NCBI GenBank assembly: GCA_030141605.1
Contig: JAQGDQ010000053.1
Coordinates: 682,001 to 746,000, forward strand
Reading direction: 5' to 3'
Source: Tubiluchus corallicola
Taxonomy: Eukaryota; Animalia; Priapulida
Length of the DNA stretch: 64,000 bases
A program made the translations under genes and the position numbers. The notes below the pieces were generated by a model. The model did no database searches. It saw only the letters and a program-made list of their open reading frames with translations, and was not told the DNA's origin. Shown one piece after another: positions 1 to 14,200 of this stretch (the stretch's first letter is position 1; each line of letters begins with the position of its first letter).

Positions 1-908
1 GAATTATTTTGTAAGAAGCCTTGTCAAATTGATGCTTCGATTAGAACAATAAATTATTGTAGTCTGTTCTCATTGTGTATTTTCAGTAACAGTAATTGTT
101 CGTTATATGATATTGTAAATACTGTATTCTACGAAAAAATAATTCATTTTTATGTGAATTTAAATAGACCAGCGCTATGTAGACTTAGGATTGTAGTAAT
201 AATAATAATAATATTGTATTATAATAAAGCACTGTACAAGTTTATAGCAAATGTGACTCGTAAGTAAAGTGTGGCTTTTATTATATAAAAGGATTTGGCA
301 TTCACTTAGTTTTAGAGATACTGTAAAAAATTTACTGCTGAAAATAATCAGTATATAAATCCTGTAGAGCTTTTCACTGATGTACGGCATCGGAAATAGA
401 TACGGTCATTTTGATCAGTCTCTAGATCACGTTACTGTAACTGTAGTGTTGTCACTAGGTGCTTCTTGTATTTGGTGTAAATGTTATAATAGACATGAAA
501 TCTCATTGGTGATCCATCATTGGTTCAGATTCTCAAGAAGATACTAGCATGGATACTAAGATAACCTTATTTTTTTACACAATTTAGTGTATTATGCTTT
601 CATAGTGCTTTATGAATATTTGCTTCCGAGTACGATTTTCAGGACATTTTGCTGTTGATGTGATGTATAAAATTATATTGTCGTACTAAATACATCTTCA
701 TTGTCAAGAATCTACCAAGTCTCAGTAATTTCAGTTTGCCAAGTTTAATCTTAAATTACTCTTGTGAAAGAATTATTGTTATTTTGGGTATTTGTATTAA
801 CTAATAAATGCCTAAAGAAATTTTCAGTTTCTGTAGTGCCTTTTGTCACTTTCTGAGAAATTCTTGGTTTATGCGCTTTTGCATTGCTAAAGGTGCAAAA
901 CTATTTCA

Positions 909-1005
909 TGGAAAATTCAGACCAAAAAATGATAACATACATTTGAAATTTTTATTTTGACGGAAAATTTAGACCAAAAAATGATGACATACGTTTGAAA
1001 TTTTT
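909..1005. repeat. Tandem duplication, ~53-bp unit x2
   Basis: ggaaaattyagaccaaaaaatgatracatacrtttgaaattttt occurs twice. Confidence 0.8.
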
Positions 1006-2115
1006 GTTATCTGTACCTAAATACTCTAAATGCAGACAAAAGTGCCGTGCTAATGCAACCTTTATCATCATTATCATTCATTCTACACAAATCCGAAGAG
1101 TAAAATCATTTTCAGGTCCAGCTTTATTACTAATTACCTGTAAACTATAGAAAATATCTTTAAAAACATCCCTTTCATAATACTTTGAAGTACTACTACT
1201 CTAAGCAACAACAATGCACAAAATTATCACAACAGTACCAGATTTAACAGACTATACTACATCGCTGTATAATTTAAATTTTATTTTTTACTAATTAAAG
1301 TGAAATTCTGTGCATATAGTGAAAAGCTACATCTGTAAAAATTTTTTTACCTGAAGTATTTTTCCATTAGAAAGAAGCATCAGTTTCGCAAGCAAAAACG
1401 TTTAACAAGCACAACTTTATACACGTTTGTTGCTTTAATTATTGCTTGCAATCGACAAGTAGTTTGGAGGTATAAACTTACAATCAAGTTCCGCACAAGA
1501 GTATTACTGGAAACAATTTAAATGCAATACAATTTGGCAATTTTGACAAGCTAGTATAATACTACATGTTTCCAAACATGTGCAAAGCAAGGTCGAAAAA
1601 CGATGAGTGCTGTGAAATCACATAACACATACAAGTTCGGTTTTACAACAATAGCAGCTTAATAACAACAGAGACAAATATTTACTAATAACTATTATAA
1701 CATCACAAATATTAATTACTGAAATTAGTCTTACTTTAAAAATTAATAAATTCTAGATACTACTTCCTCAAAGAAATGTTTCATAAAACACATATAAGCA
1801 TGGATGATTTTTCAACAACTCCTACAAAATTCAGGTAAAACTGGAAATGCAGCAAGTCTAAAAACAATGTCTTTAGTGAACAACAGAATTGATACCCGCA
1901 GTCAATTCAGAAAACTCTTGATAATGGTGATAGTAAGCGAAGTAAGCGACTGCGTACAGTAAAAGACATCATATTCTTCATTACAATGTACATTACAGTA
2001 CTGCAAGCTGCATCACACCATATGTTAAGCACTAACTTTTGTTTTACATACAACTTTCATATGATTTACACATGAAGTAACGTGTACATGGCTATATAAC
2101 TAAGTGGTGTTATTA

Positions 2116-2286
2116 TGGCGCGTTCAGACGTAGAGACTTCTCTTGCAACTTCATCTGAGAGAAGTTGCCAAGTCATTCACACTCTGCAGCAAATTGCGAA
2201 AGAAGTTGCCAAGCTGTTAACACGTTGCAACTTTACTCTCAGAGAAAAGTTGTGCAATAAGCTGTGAGAGACGTCTGAACGCGCAA
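2116..2286. mobile_element. PIF/Harbinger-like MITE (171 bp)
   Basis: 16-bp TIR tggcgcgttcagacgt / acgtctgaacgcgcaa (1 mismatch), TTA on both flanks (2113-2115, 2287-2289), internal imperfect palindrome (gcaactt...aagttgc). Confidence 0.8.
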
Positions 2287-4962
2287 TTACACGTAAAACA
2301 TAGCTCAAGATTGAGCAACTGGCATTATGTTAGCTTTATAAAGGCTGTTTTGATACATAATCTAATGTAGATTTATATTATGCATGGAGAATTCAGATAC
2401 ACTCAACAAAGGTATACAGCAGTTCGACTCAGAACTTGAAAAAACTACAACAGCAGTAAAGCATGATACAAACTTCAAGCTATTTCTCACACGTAACTTC
2501 CATTTGGTGTTCCAGGCTAATAATTCTGCCTGTAGTGTTTTCAAGTTAAAACTGCAACATACAGCAAAATAGTTCATATTTCACACACTTTTGTTTTAGT
2601 TAAAACCTTAAATGGGCAACAAGTAAGGATACTACAAGCACAAACAAAAAAAGTCATGAAATTAATTGAAAAAATGCTTTTTAGTTGAAAAAGTTTCATT
2701 TAATTAAAAGACCTAACTGTAACTAACCGTAATTTACACTAATTTATTAAATTCCGTGTCTTACTTCCTAAAAAAAATCAGGCTTCTGAGTTGCATTTCC
2801 CCAAAACATTTTGTTCGGTTTTGCTCGTGAAACTGTGGAAAATTGCAGGCCTAAATTGTGCTAGCAACGGCTTCCTTGCATACCGCATCGTTTCTGAGCC
2901 TGAATTTGTAAACAGTGCTACACAGCGAAACATGCCGCACATCTCAGCATTTGCCGTTTAAGTCATTTAAAGACCAAAAAAGGCTTTTTTGAACTCCCAG
3001 GTTTCAATAAACTTAAAGTTATTGAACTAAGACACTGATCACAGTAAGAACTGTGACATTATGTCTCAAGACTTTGCTGGGTTAACTTTTGTACACTACA
3101 GCTCCCGAATGTGACACCTGGTAAACAAATGCTGCTGTAACTAATGATCGAATTATCCTGTCATCATCTACCAGTGTGCAAAGTCAACTTTCTTTGGACA
3201 AGACCCCTTCACACCCGATTTCCTCTTACATAAGTCTCCAATAAAAAGTTTCAAGTATCAGAAAATCTTAGATAACGCATTTTCTTTCAGTTTTTGTGAA
3301 AAGTGAAACTTCATAATGTGTGCTATATTTGACCTTTAAATAAAAATGCAAACATCTGTCAACAATTTTTATTGGGTCTTAGAAAAACTCCTATCACGTT
3401 TCAACAAAATGATCAATTAGCCTTATATATGATAACTGGTAACGCGTTGCATAGTATCACTCATAAATGGCTGCCAAAATGTGACACAATGCAAATTTTA
3501 TAACATTTTTACCAGACACAAGGCATTATTTCAAATCATGTATAGGGGTAGATTATACAAAGTTTCAAACGTATTTAATAACTTGGCCAAATTGTAACTG
3601 CAAATGAGACCACCAACAATTGGTATTAATTTACAATTTTACACCTCATGTTGAGTATCACATCTACACAACTTCTTGATTCCAAATTTAAATCAGTACA
3701 GTGGAACATTACAGTACAGTGGAATAAGACACTGAACTAAGTAGATGACATAACAATACTAAAAAAGGTAAAATCATCTTTTGCAGCCTGGTAAGATTGT
3801 CAGGAACATAAAATCATTGAACAATGATAACGTACTGATATGAGATCAGGCATATGATAACAAATGCTTTATTAAATCTGCTTTTAAAAATTGTTCAAGT
3901 TGTATTAGAAACTAAGAGATTACTGTTTGTCTATGGTAAGTGAAATCTTGCAACTTAATAACGCAATACTAACTATGTGACACTGAAAGCATCTATTACA
4001 TAAGAACACACTCTGTTTAAAGACTTTAAAGCCAAACTATTCAGTAATATCAATATGGTAGTAATACAACAAGAAAGGATGAGATTTAAAGAGCCAACCT
4101 TTCATAAATTTTGAGATTACATGAATGAGAATTTTAGTATAGTAGTTGTCAGAATACCACCACAACAAAGGTACATGAAAACACCTTAAACTGAATTATA
4201 AATGTTTAAACAGTACAATTAACTACTTACTCAGTCAAGGAAATCTATTATATATAAATGAACTAATATCTAAGAACACACGTCGGCAAAATTCTTACAA
4301 TAAAAACTTTTGCATGAACAGTCTGATGAGTAGCAATAGAAAAAAATCTGTCAACCATATACATAATACGCAACTGTACAAGTTCATGATAACATATTAC
4401 ACTCCACTGATTTTCACAACAACATTCAATAGTTCAACAAACTTTTCTTACTGACAGCAAACTTAAAGGCTGCTTATATTTTAAACTTTATAAAATTCAT
4501 TTTAGGCATCACTTTTTATAGGACGTAAACAAAAGACTTCAAAATATTTTTAAAATTTGCATATTTATTACAAGATATTACTAAAGTCAAAGCATTCCGA
4601 TATCAAATCAAAAGTTTCAATACCAAAAAATACGTGAGCAATTCAGCACACGATAATAATGTGGTGAGCGCACCATAATCGTTATTTATTAATGAGATCC
4701 TAGTCAATTCCAAACAAAATTATGACAATGCTGTTTTTAGATTCATTTCAAAATATTTACAAACACAGTATCAATTTTGAGTCCAAAGTATTCTTACGTC
4801 AAGGAATAGACACAAACAAGGGAACTGCTGTTAGGGGTCACTTGCGACAAAATGAATATTGACCATCACTGCACAAAAAAATGATGCCCAAAAGTTTACA
4901 TTAGAGACGACAGCAAATTATAACACAGAGCACGTATATCCTAAATCAGCAATCTGCCACTG

Positions 4963-5202
4963 TTAGTCAATCATTATTTCAAAATGTACAATTCCTCGTT
5001 TTAGAGCTCTCCCATGTTCTATGTTCTTGGTCCACGCTTTACACTCAATGTTTATCAGTGTATTTCGCTGCGGACTCATTAACTGTATGGCTACAAATGG
5101 CTGCAGATATCCCGGTGTGTTAATGTAGGGATAAAAGTTTGCTGGTAATCCGGCAGCAGGATAATATGATATATTACCTATATATTCTTTGTCAGCTGCA
5201 TA
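4963..5202 (-). CDS. ATP1B: Na/K-ATPase beta exon 6 (terminal)
   Basis: YAADKEYIGNISYYP...NFYPYINTPGYLQPFVAIQ...IECKAWTKNI...VHFEIMID* (TAA). Confidence 0.95.
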   Translation of the reverse strand, partial: YAADKEYIGNISYYPAAGLPANFYPYINTPGYLQPFVAIQLMSPQRNTLINIECKAWTKNIEHGRALKRGIVHFEIMID

Positions 5203-8200
5203 CTAAAAACAATAAATTAAAATTGCACAAATACATCTCAAATGAATCTGTAAGACCAAATATCAATTCAGTCATGTTTTATTTACAGCCTGTATTAAAC
5301 TAAGCTAAACAGCATGTCAGATAAATAAATAAGATTTCAGCTTCAGCTTCACAAAAGACAAATAAAATAACATAAAATTATATATCAATTTAATACCATA
5401 TATATGATATAATATGAGAATAAATATCCTAAGGCTTCAAAAATGGCAACTAAATTAGAATTCGTTTAGAAAGACAAAGTAACAGGTTGCTATGCACAAA
5501 TTTCTTACAAATTTGTTGTCATACAGTAACAGAATCAAAGCAAAGAAAAAATTGTATGCAAATGTATTACACAATACAGTTTGATTCTTACCTCACCGTC
5601 ACAGCTTACTGGGATGTGGTCAGGTAACAAATTTTGCCGCACAGATGGCGGTGCATCTTGTAAATCCGGATCACTGGCACTTGTATATAATTCTGGCTCC
5701 CAGCCATATATCTGCAAAAGATGTAGATATATCTGCGTAAATGTTTTACAAAAAGTGTGTTGAAAATACAGAAGGTGCCATTTATCAGACTCACGGTTAA
5801 CGGAATCAGTCACTTAATTGACTAAAAAATCTTGGTACGGGCTGCTCCTATTCAAATATATATAAAAACTATCGGTAATTGACTCAAATAACTCTGCATA
5901 ATTGACTCAATATTTTTCCTTCACGTATTTAAAATAAGACATTAGTGTGCAATCAAAGAGCTTTTAAAGAGTTGTTTGTCATCTTTACTTAGCTTTTGTG
6001 CACTATAATATATGTAGAAACAGTCATGTTAACTAGTTAAACACAGCTCTGTTTGTAAGCACCTACGTTTATCACATACGCTAGCCTAGCAATTTCACTT
6101 TTAATCTGTCACACGCTTGTCCACTGCAAGTAACCTCATTGTTTCTGGAAGCTAAACATTTAATCACTTGCCCAGCAAATTGCTTTTGAAGCCCCCACTG
6201 CTTTTCACAGGGGAAAAAGGTCATCAACTCCAGCTCAAGCACTAGCCACTAGGTGACTAGATGGTTTGTGCAAACAGTACAGCATACAGCAACAGTTTTC
6301 AATGTTTTTATCAGTACGAGAATTTCATAAACCAACTTTTTCACGAAGAAATGAAACAAGTGACCTTGCAAAATTTCCAAAATTCATTTAAAGTCTTTGC
6401 AATATATACTAAGATGATGAGTGATGTCTCATACTTCTATAGTAACAATATGCTACACCCATCGGTTAATTGGATCCATCCCAAAGTGAGTCTATTAAGC
6501 GGCATCTACTGCATAATGTTTACTTCAGTTTATTTTATAACAGCATTATTTTTTAATTACTTTTGAGAAAAAGTCACGAGGTGAAAAATTATAACTTCAA
6601 CTAAATGATATTCAGTCAAAAACTGGGACAATAGCTATGAAATTTACGCTGAAACAAAAATCACATAGAAAATCCAACAGTGACTTATTGATGTTGAGAT
6701 ACTCAAGTGAATTATGCTGCCAAACCAGCTACAATAGCAAGCACTAATGCACTACAAAAATACATGAATTGTTTTTTGGAACCTTACATAAGCCCTTGAC
6801 CAACATTACCTTATTCAGTGTAATGTAGATGCAGGGGTTTCCCACATTGTAGCCAAAGTCATCAGTGCCAAGCTGGCACACTTTATTTCCTATTCTTTTC
6901 TTTACCTCAAACCGACAAACTCTATCAACTGGAGGTTTCTGTGTATCACACTCAAAGAAGTGTTCATCTGTAGAATACAAAATACAATATTATTCTTGGT
7001 CAATATAAAGATATGCCATAAATCATTTCAAAGAATGCTTTTTCAACAAAAATTGACATAACTGTCAAAATAGTACAAATACTTGATATTAGTACAATTC
7101 GATTTTGTAATAAGGAATTTGGCAAAAAAGATTTACAATGTCATAAAAGATGATGATGGTTGCACTGCAATAAATCTACTCTCATTGCACTACTCATGAT
7201 ACATACAGCTAACCTCTGATAAATGCTGGCAAAGCAAGATAATAAGCCAGTAAAAATGATTAATGTTTTAGTACATGGTCCAATAACTAATTAATTTAAC
7301 TGAACTACATGTAGCAGCAGAGATACATTTGATTAAAGAAACAATATTTTTATTTCTCAAAACTTAACAAGACAGCAAGTCTAATAAGAACCGGGTTAAA
7401 GAAAACACTGCAAACCTGACGACAAATTATTCTGATGCATTAACTATTTTGTACTAATACATTTAAACCTACCCTGCTGTTTATCACTATCGTAAGGCCT
7501 GAGAAACGTTGCAATTCTATCAACATAAGGCTTGTATGTGTGAGCACCCTCCTTACTACTTCTGAACCAAATCAGAGTTTTTTCTACATCAACGAATGGT
7601 TCAAAACCTAAACCTGAAGAAACATCAAAACATCATAAAAGAATGATTCCACAATTGTTAAAAACAATTGTTTGAAACCAGATTACCAAACAAAATGTGA
7701 AAAAAGTAAAAAGTAAGCCTGGATTTGAATTAGAGGCCCCTGGATTGCAAATACCTAAACCTGAAGAAAAATCAAAACGTCATAAAAGAATGAGTTCCAC
7801 AATTGTTTTTGAAACCAGACTACCAAACAAAATGTGAAAAAGTAAAAAGTGAGCCTGGATTTGAATTAGAGGCCTTTGGATTGCAAATAAGAGCTGCTGA
7901 AATTATTATAAAACTAATAAGTGGTTAGCTGTCATCTTAAATATGCTTATGATATGTAAAAAATTAATAGTGATCACATACTATCTAGGCATGATACACT
8001 TATCAGACACTATCATAATGCATGTTTCCCATTAAATATAATAAGACTAATTTTGAATAACTGGGTTAACACACCAATTTTCTGTAATCAAAAATCAAAC
8101 CATAAAAGGTAGCAGACTTGATGACTTCCATAATGCACCAGTACTCCATTTTCCGCCTATATTTTACATGTTTCAGTTGTCCTCCTTAATCATATTATCT

Positions 8201-11200
8201 TGAAGAAATAAATACTGTTCCAGAAAGGTTTGCAATAAAAATAAATTTACCTTATCCTCTCGGTCTTTTGAGATGTATACGGGTAATGGATAAAAGCTAG
8301 CTGATGAAACTCGTTAATTCACTGATTAAAATGCAAATGTTGTTGTTTTTGAAACAAGACCTAAATTTTACACCATTAATGGCGAAAAACAGTTGCAAAA
8401 CTGCTTACTGGACTTTCTTTTTCATTAGTTTGGCTTTTCAAATAACATTGTGCAGATCCAAAAATATTACACACATGGCCGATCTTAAGCCAACTGGACC
8501 TGTTTCTCCTGATCGGATCCACGCCTTAAGGGGCCTCCTGCTAGACAGAAGAGTAACTTATCTTCAGCTATTCGTGTGAACACAATAATGTATTGCAAGG
8601 ATTGCAAAGAGTGAACGGTGCCTATCAGTTATTGCAGCTATACTGTCATCAGCTTTCCGCTTCTGCAGCTATTACACAAACAATACAAATGATAATTTGT
8701 AAATTTACCTAAAAAAACACGTCATCTGAAGACATCGCTATTTTTGCTGTTTTGTTTAACCTTCAATATGGGCGACCTGTGTCTGTCAGAAGAGCACAAG
8801 TCATAATAAAACAGAAGACCTCCAAAAGGATTGAATCGTTGTGACTGCACATTTTTTTTATTTATTTAATAATTTACTTAATATTATATTACATAACTTT
8901 ACTAATCAATTTCGCAACACAATTTGGCATAGAATTTGTAGTGATTCTACTTCGCCGGTGCTTATAAAATGTATAGATGTTTATTAAGATAATAAACAAA
9001 TTAATAATTCATAGATATACTCTATCTTTGCATTATTTGCACTCATTTACAAGATAATACAATAGCTATTTAGCAGCCACAGTTAGCATACACAAAAAGA
9101 CAAATATGCAATCAAACATGTAACAGCTTTTAAAAGCCTATAACCTATGGCACATATAATTTTTTAAAGAGGATCATGTGGTAAAATTTAGTATATAGTG
9201 CGTCTTTATGCATGCATATCTCAGTTGCAAAACATAAAGTAGGCTACAATCAGACAGTCTCAAATACAGGATGCCCACAAAATCTTTTACAATTTCAAAA
9301 ATGCAATAAAAAGACAACTCAATCAAAGTTGGTTCAACCTCCAAGCTCCAATGCTGATCACTTGCATTACATATTTTGTTTGCTAATAGTGCGGGTTTAT
9401 ATAGTTAGATGCAATTTTATATAAAAGTGTGGCTGTTCAGTCCATTAAATTGCATGTATTGCACTTCTGAAGTGTGCATTATAATTGCTTTCCATCTTGT
9501 TATAAAAAAGCCTATGAACAGTATATTTTTTGATATTACAGACTTTACTTATAACTTTGGACCCATTAGAAATTGTTTTCAGCAGGCTAAGGCTGGCCTG
9601 ATTATATATAACATATATACGTGTACTATAGTGTATAAGCTAACTACACTGTACTGTGCTCCAAAAAGTCTTTGTTCTGCCTACAGCCACTTACGGTTGT
9701 GAACTTCTGATTAATCTTAGTTCACAGCAATGGCACACTTAAAAGCCAGAATTTATTCTATTCATCAAAAAATAAATAAGAAGATCTCCATCATGAGTTG
9801 TCTGACTGATAGTACTTATAGTAGCCACAAGCATTATTTAGAAAATAATATTACAAAATTAAAAGTGAAATAAAGGTACATGGTAATTGGCTAAACATGT
9901 CTATGAATCTTTGACACATAAAACATGGTAGTGCAAAGTTGGCAACCTAGTAGTGATTGTTTCCATTAAGCTTGAATTACATAAACTCACATGTTTTCAG
10001 AGTGATGCTTTTAGAATTTTATATCCATTAATTATTAATTAGTAATAGTAATACAAGCATCGTAAAAGACTCTTGAACAATACATTAGTAAGTGCCTACG
10101 TATACATAACAATACATTAGTAAGTGCCTACGTATACATATTTCTTTACATCTAATAGCAAATTTTTATCTCACATGATACTCTGCAGCTAAGGAGATAT
10201 TAGATAAATTTTAAACTGAGACACACATACCCGGATTGCCACCCATTATACTCTGCTTGCCATAATATCTAGGTCTATAATCATTCAAGGTTGCATCAAA
10301 AATCACCATGTTTATTGCAAAGAAACCTCCCAAGCAAATGTAGAATATGAGGAAGAAAAGTCCAATTAGCCCTAAAAAATAGAAATGTAACAGTTACCAT
10401 CGATAAACTGATAAAATTAAAAAAAACGTGAAACATGTTTTGAGTTGGCAATCATATGTCAATTTTTACTAAAAAAAAATCAACTACATTAAATATTTTG
10501 AGGGTAAGAAGCCTAATTGCCTACAAAATACACATACTAAATGCTGAGCAATGGCTTTCTGAGTAACATCAAATACACAATACAGTCTGTGATTTTCATG
10601 AATCTGTCACTCTGTGATATGGGTCTCTACCAGAATAAAAGGATATTAGTTAGGTTAATATTACGACATTAGTGTTGCTGATTTGTGCAACAGCCTTTGA
10701 ATTTTCCAACAGAAGCTGAAAGTAGCAAAAGAAAGAGAATAGTAATAACAAAAACAATATAAGCCCCAAAAAGCCTTTTAGTTACACAAAGCTAAAAAAA
10801 TTTGTCCTGAAATTTTGTATCATCTACATACACTTTTATTGCACACGTGATGCACGATAGGAAAATAAAGGTAAAATTAAGGCTGGGTGCAAGTGACTTG
10901 AATGGTAATCCTCTGTTTAAATGGAAAATTAATGATGATATGAGCATTTGTACATGTAGAAAAGATATGGAAACATTAGAACTTGTTCTACTGTATTGTG
11001 AATTGTTGGAACTGGAAAGGAATATGAATTAGTATAGTAAAAGACTACATTGGTGACTATATAAAGGAAGGAAAAACTCGCAGGGTAAATCATAGAAAAA
11101 AAGACAGCAACATAGTTACTATACTGCTGCAAACGGATTTGCAAGACACTCGACTGGAGGATTATCTCCCGCCTGGTTAAAAATGGTTCGCGACATGAAC

Positions 11201-14200
11201 ATGAAACTCCACTGCTTCTTGCTTTGCGCATAATTAATCATTCTAACTCATCTTTAACTCACCTTTGCAGCTATCCCCATTATTTTGGCTATTTTTGTGG
11301 CTTTAATTTTCGTAGTCATAATGTAGGAAACCCAAAACTGGTTTAAACCATACTTTCAATCTCTAAACAAACTTTTTTGTGGCACTTGCCATAATGAGGT
11401 ATAATGAGATGATGAGGGTGGTATAATGAGATGATGAAAGCTGTAGGAAATGATATGTTGCAAAGCATAGCACACATGTTTATTGTTTAATGATATATTG
11501 ACAAGTGAAACAATACCAGAAGAATGGTTGGAAATGACAGTAAAATCAATTTATAAGAATAAAGGAAGTCATAGTGAGCTAAAGAATCGAAGAGGAATTT
11601 CCTATTAATGTATCTAAATTACTTGAAAGAATACTTTTGAAAAGAAATGAAGTAGTTTTGAAAATAATTTGTCTGAGAGTCTGTGTGGAGGAAAAAAGGG
11701 ACGAGGTACAACGGGCAATTTGTTAATTTTGTACTGAGCATTCTCTTTACTACGGAAAATCTGTGCATGTAATTTTCATGGATGCAGAAAAATGCTTTGA
11801 CAAGTTATGGTTAAGAGATTGTCTAATTGACTTATGGAGATTTGGTGTGAAGGAAAAATACTTCAGTATTTTGTTTGAACTAAATAAATATGCTGTACTG
11901 AAAATTAGTACACCTGCAGGATTAACAAAGAAATTCCGAGTCAGACAAAGAACTGTGTGGGGACCAGTTATGTGTTGTGCTAGCACAGACCAGGTAAATA
12001 AAATGGGCAAGAAAAAACTCTCATTAATAAGTAATGATGTTGGATTTGATGCCAGAATATACGTGGATGATATTCTGGGTTGTGGTGATGAAAATGTAAC
12101 AATGAATGTGACAAAAAATTGCAGAATGAAGGAACAAATCAAAAAGTTTACATTCAGTAGTGAATAATCAAAACAGTTGGTAATCACACAAAAACTAGAA
12201 AAGGCAGATCGAAGGGCTGATGACTGTAATATGTGTATTAAGAAAGGAAAAATTAATAGAGTCAGTCATTACAAATACTTAGGGAAATCTGTAGAGAAAA
12301 GAAGTAAGAAAGTGGAATTGAAGCTGTAAAAATAAGACAGTTATTGTACAAGACAACGATGATTCCTAGTTTAACTTTCAATATGGAGGTGTGGGGTAAA
12401 TTAACAGAAACAAACTATGAAGAAATAGAAAGTTGGCAAAAAGAAGCCCTAAGATGCATGATGAAGCAAAAAATGTCTAAGAGTTATTGGAGCCTAATGA
12501 TGACCTGGGGAGTCTGGCCGTTGAGACAAATAATACATTACAAAAAATTAATGTGGTACTGAAGTGTGCTGATATCTGAGATGCTAAAAAGGCACTATTG
12601 AATATATGTGACAAAAACATTACCAGGAGCTGGGGGACAGAACTTAGAGAAATTGCAAGCAAGCATTAGATATAAATTTATGCTGAAATTATGTGGGTCA
12701 ATGTACAGGTGTAAGAACAACAGCAGGGCAGCATACAGTTTTCATTTGGGTTTGCTCTTTACGATGTTGATATACAGAAGGCTGAAAGAAATATAGTATA
12801 GTCACTGTGTCGCTTAAATCGCCTTGCACTTTGACTACAATGTAATGATTGTAATGACTGATACATTATATACACTATATACACATACATAGAGCAAAAA
12901 CATAGCCATCTATAACTAAGGGAACTAGTATCATGCTGTAGAAAAACCCAGTGTTTGCAGACATGTTTCTCATGAATCCAATATATATTTTGTTCTTCAA
13001 AACATATGCTTGGATGGCCCTTTAAACTTCTACTCGATCGACGTGATTGATTTATGGGTTCCCAATTAGGGTCGCAAAGCATTTTTCGTGAGGTCGAAGG
13101 CTAGTACAAAAACTAATTTTAAAATTGCTGTTTTTATGAAAAGTATGTAAATAGGTCTGGTTTCCTCAGTCTCTCATTACATCATTTTGTTCCGTAAACT
13201 GAAACTGGGTTTCCCACTGTAAATGCAGTACATCAGTGTTTCATTTTTCGGGGAAATGAAAATGTACGTTGTTCTATGCTGTACACTTGTGTAAAACTTA
13301 CAGTGTACACCGCCTGAAAGTGGATGCGCTATCCATTTTATGTTGGATCTCCTTGGAATTTAAAAAAGAAACTACTTCAAAATTATCTGCACTTGAAAGG
13401 AAAACATCCAAAATTGGAGATTTGAGTGTCGCTCTGGGCCTCAAAGATTTATTTCAGGAATTGGAAGAATGGCAGTGTAAAAAAGCAAGAAAAAACTGTG
13501 TTATAATACATGGCATTCTAGTGAAAAGAATAGGAACTGGTATAAAAGCTGGTTCCAGAATGTTCTTAAAGTCAAAACCAAAGTCAGGGAAGTCACTAGT
13601 CTGAGCAAATCAGCTAAGAGTATACATCAACCTGTCAGAGTTAAGCTGCAGCATCCAGGGGAAAAATGGGTAATCATCAAAGCATCTACTGCATTTAAAG
13701 AGTCTTTAGCAACAATTATATAAACCCAGATATGACATGGGAGGAAAGGCAAGCAAATAAAAAAACCAATCGATCCAGAGGTGAAAGAGTCAAGGTAGCC
13801 AAAAATAAAATTGTCCATGTGGAGGTAGAAAAGTCTAGTACTTTACTATCTGATTCTGACTCTGACTCGGATGCAGAGAGTGTTTTAGAGTCTGAAGGAA
13901 CTACCATGCCCAAGGATTTCTCGCTCACAATTCCAAAGTCTGTTTTTACCCCAGACGATACACACTCTCAGTCAAGCTGCTGACAAACAACAGAAGATGC
14001 GTCAGTAAATAATGTAAATACGTTGGCCAGTGAGGCTTATAATGTAATTAACAAGAACTTGTGTGTGTTGTGTACTAATGTCGACTGTCTAACCAACAAA
14101 ATTGATGAGTTCAAAAGTACCGTTTACGACCTTGACCCTGACATTAGGTTTTTATCTGAAATCAGCCCAAAGAATTCAATTTATCTCTTAACAGCAAGTG

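Noticed and set aside
1-830. 3' UTR of an upstream + strand gene (AATAAA near 803)
   Set aside because: Composition is suggestive, but no coding exon is in the window and AATAAA is common in AT-rich DNA.
3100-3240. SINE-core-like fragment (ttggacaagaccccttcacacc), with similar hints near 6160-6260 and 30960-31140
   Set aside because: Similarity is too short and degenerate to support without a repeat library.
9264-9330. Tc1/mariner-like terminus tacaggatgcccacaaaa
   Set aside because: No matching opposite TIR found; too short to call.
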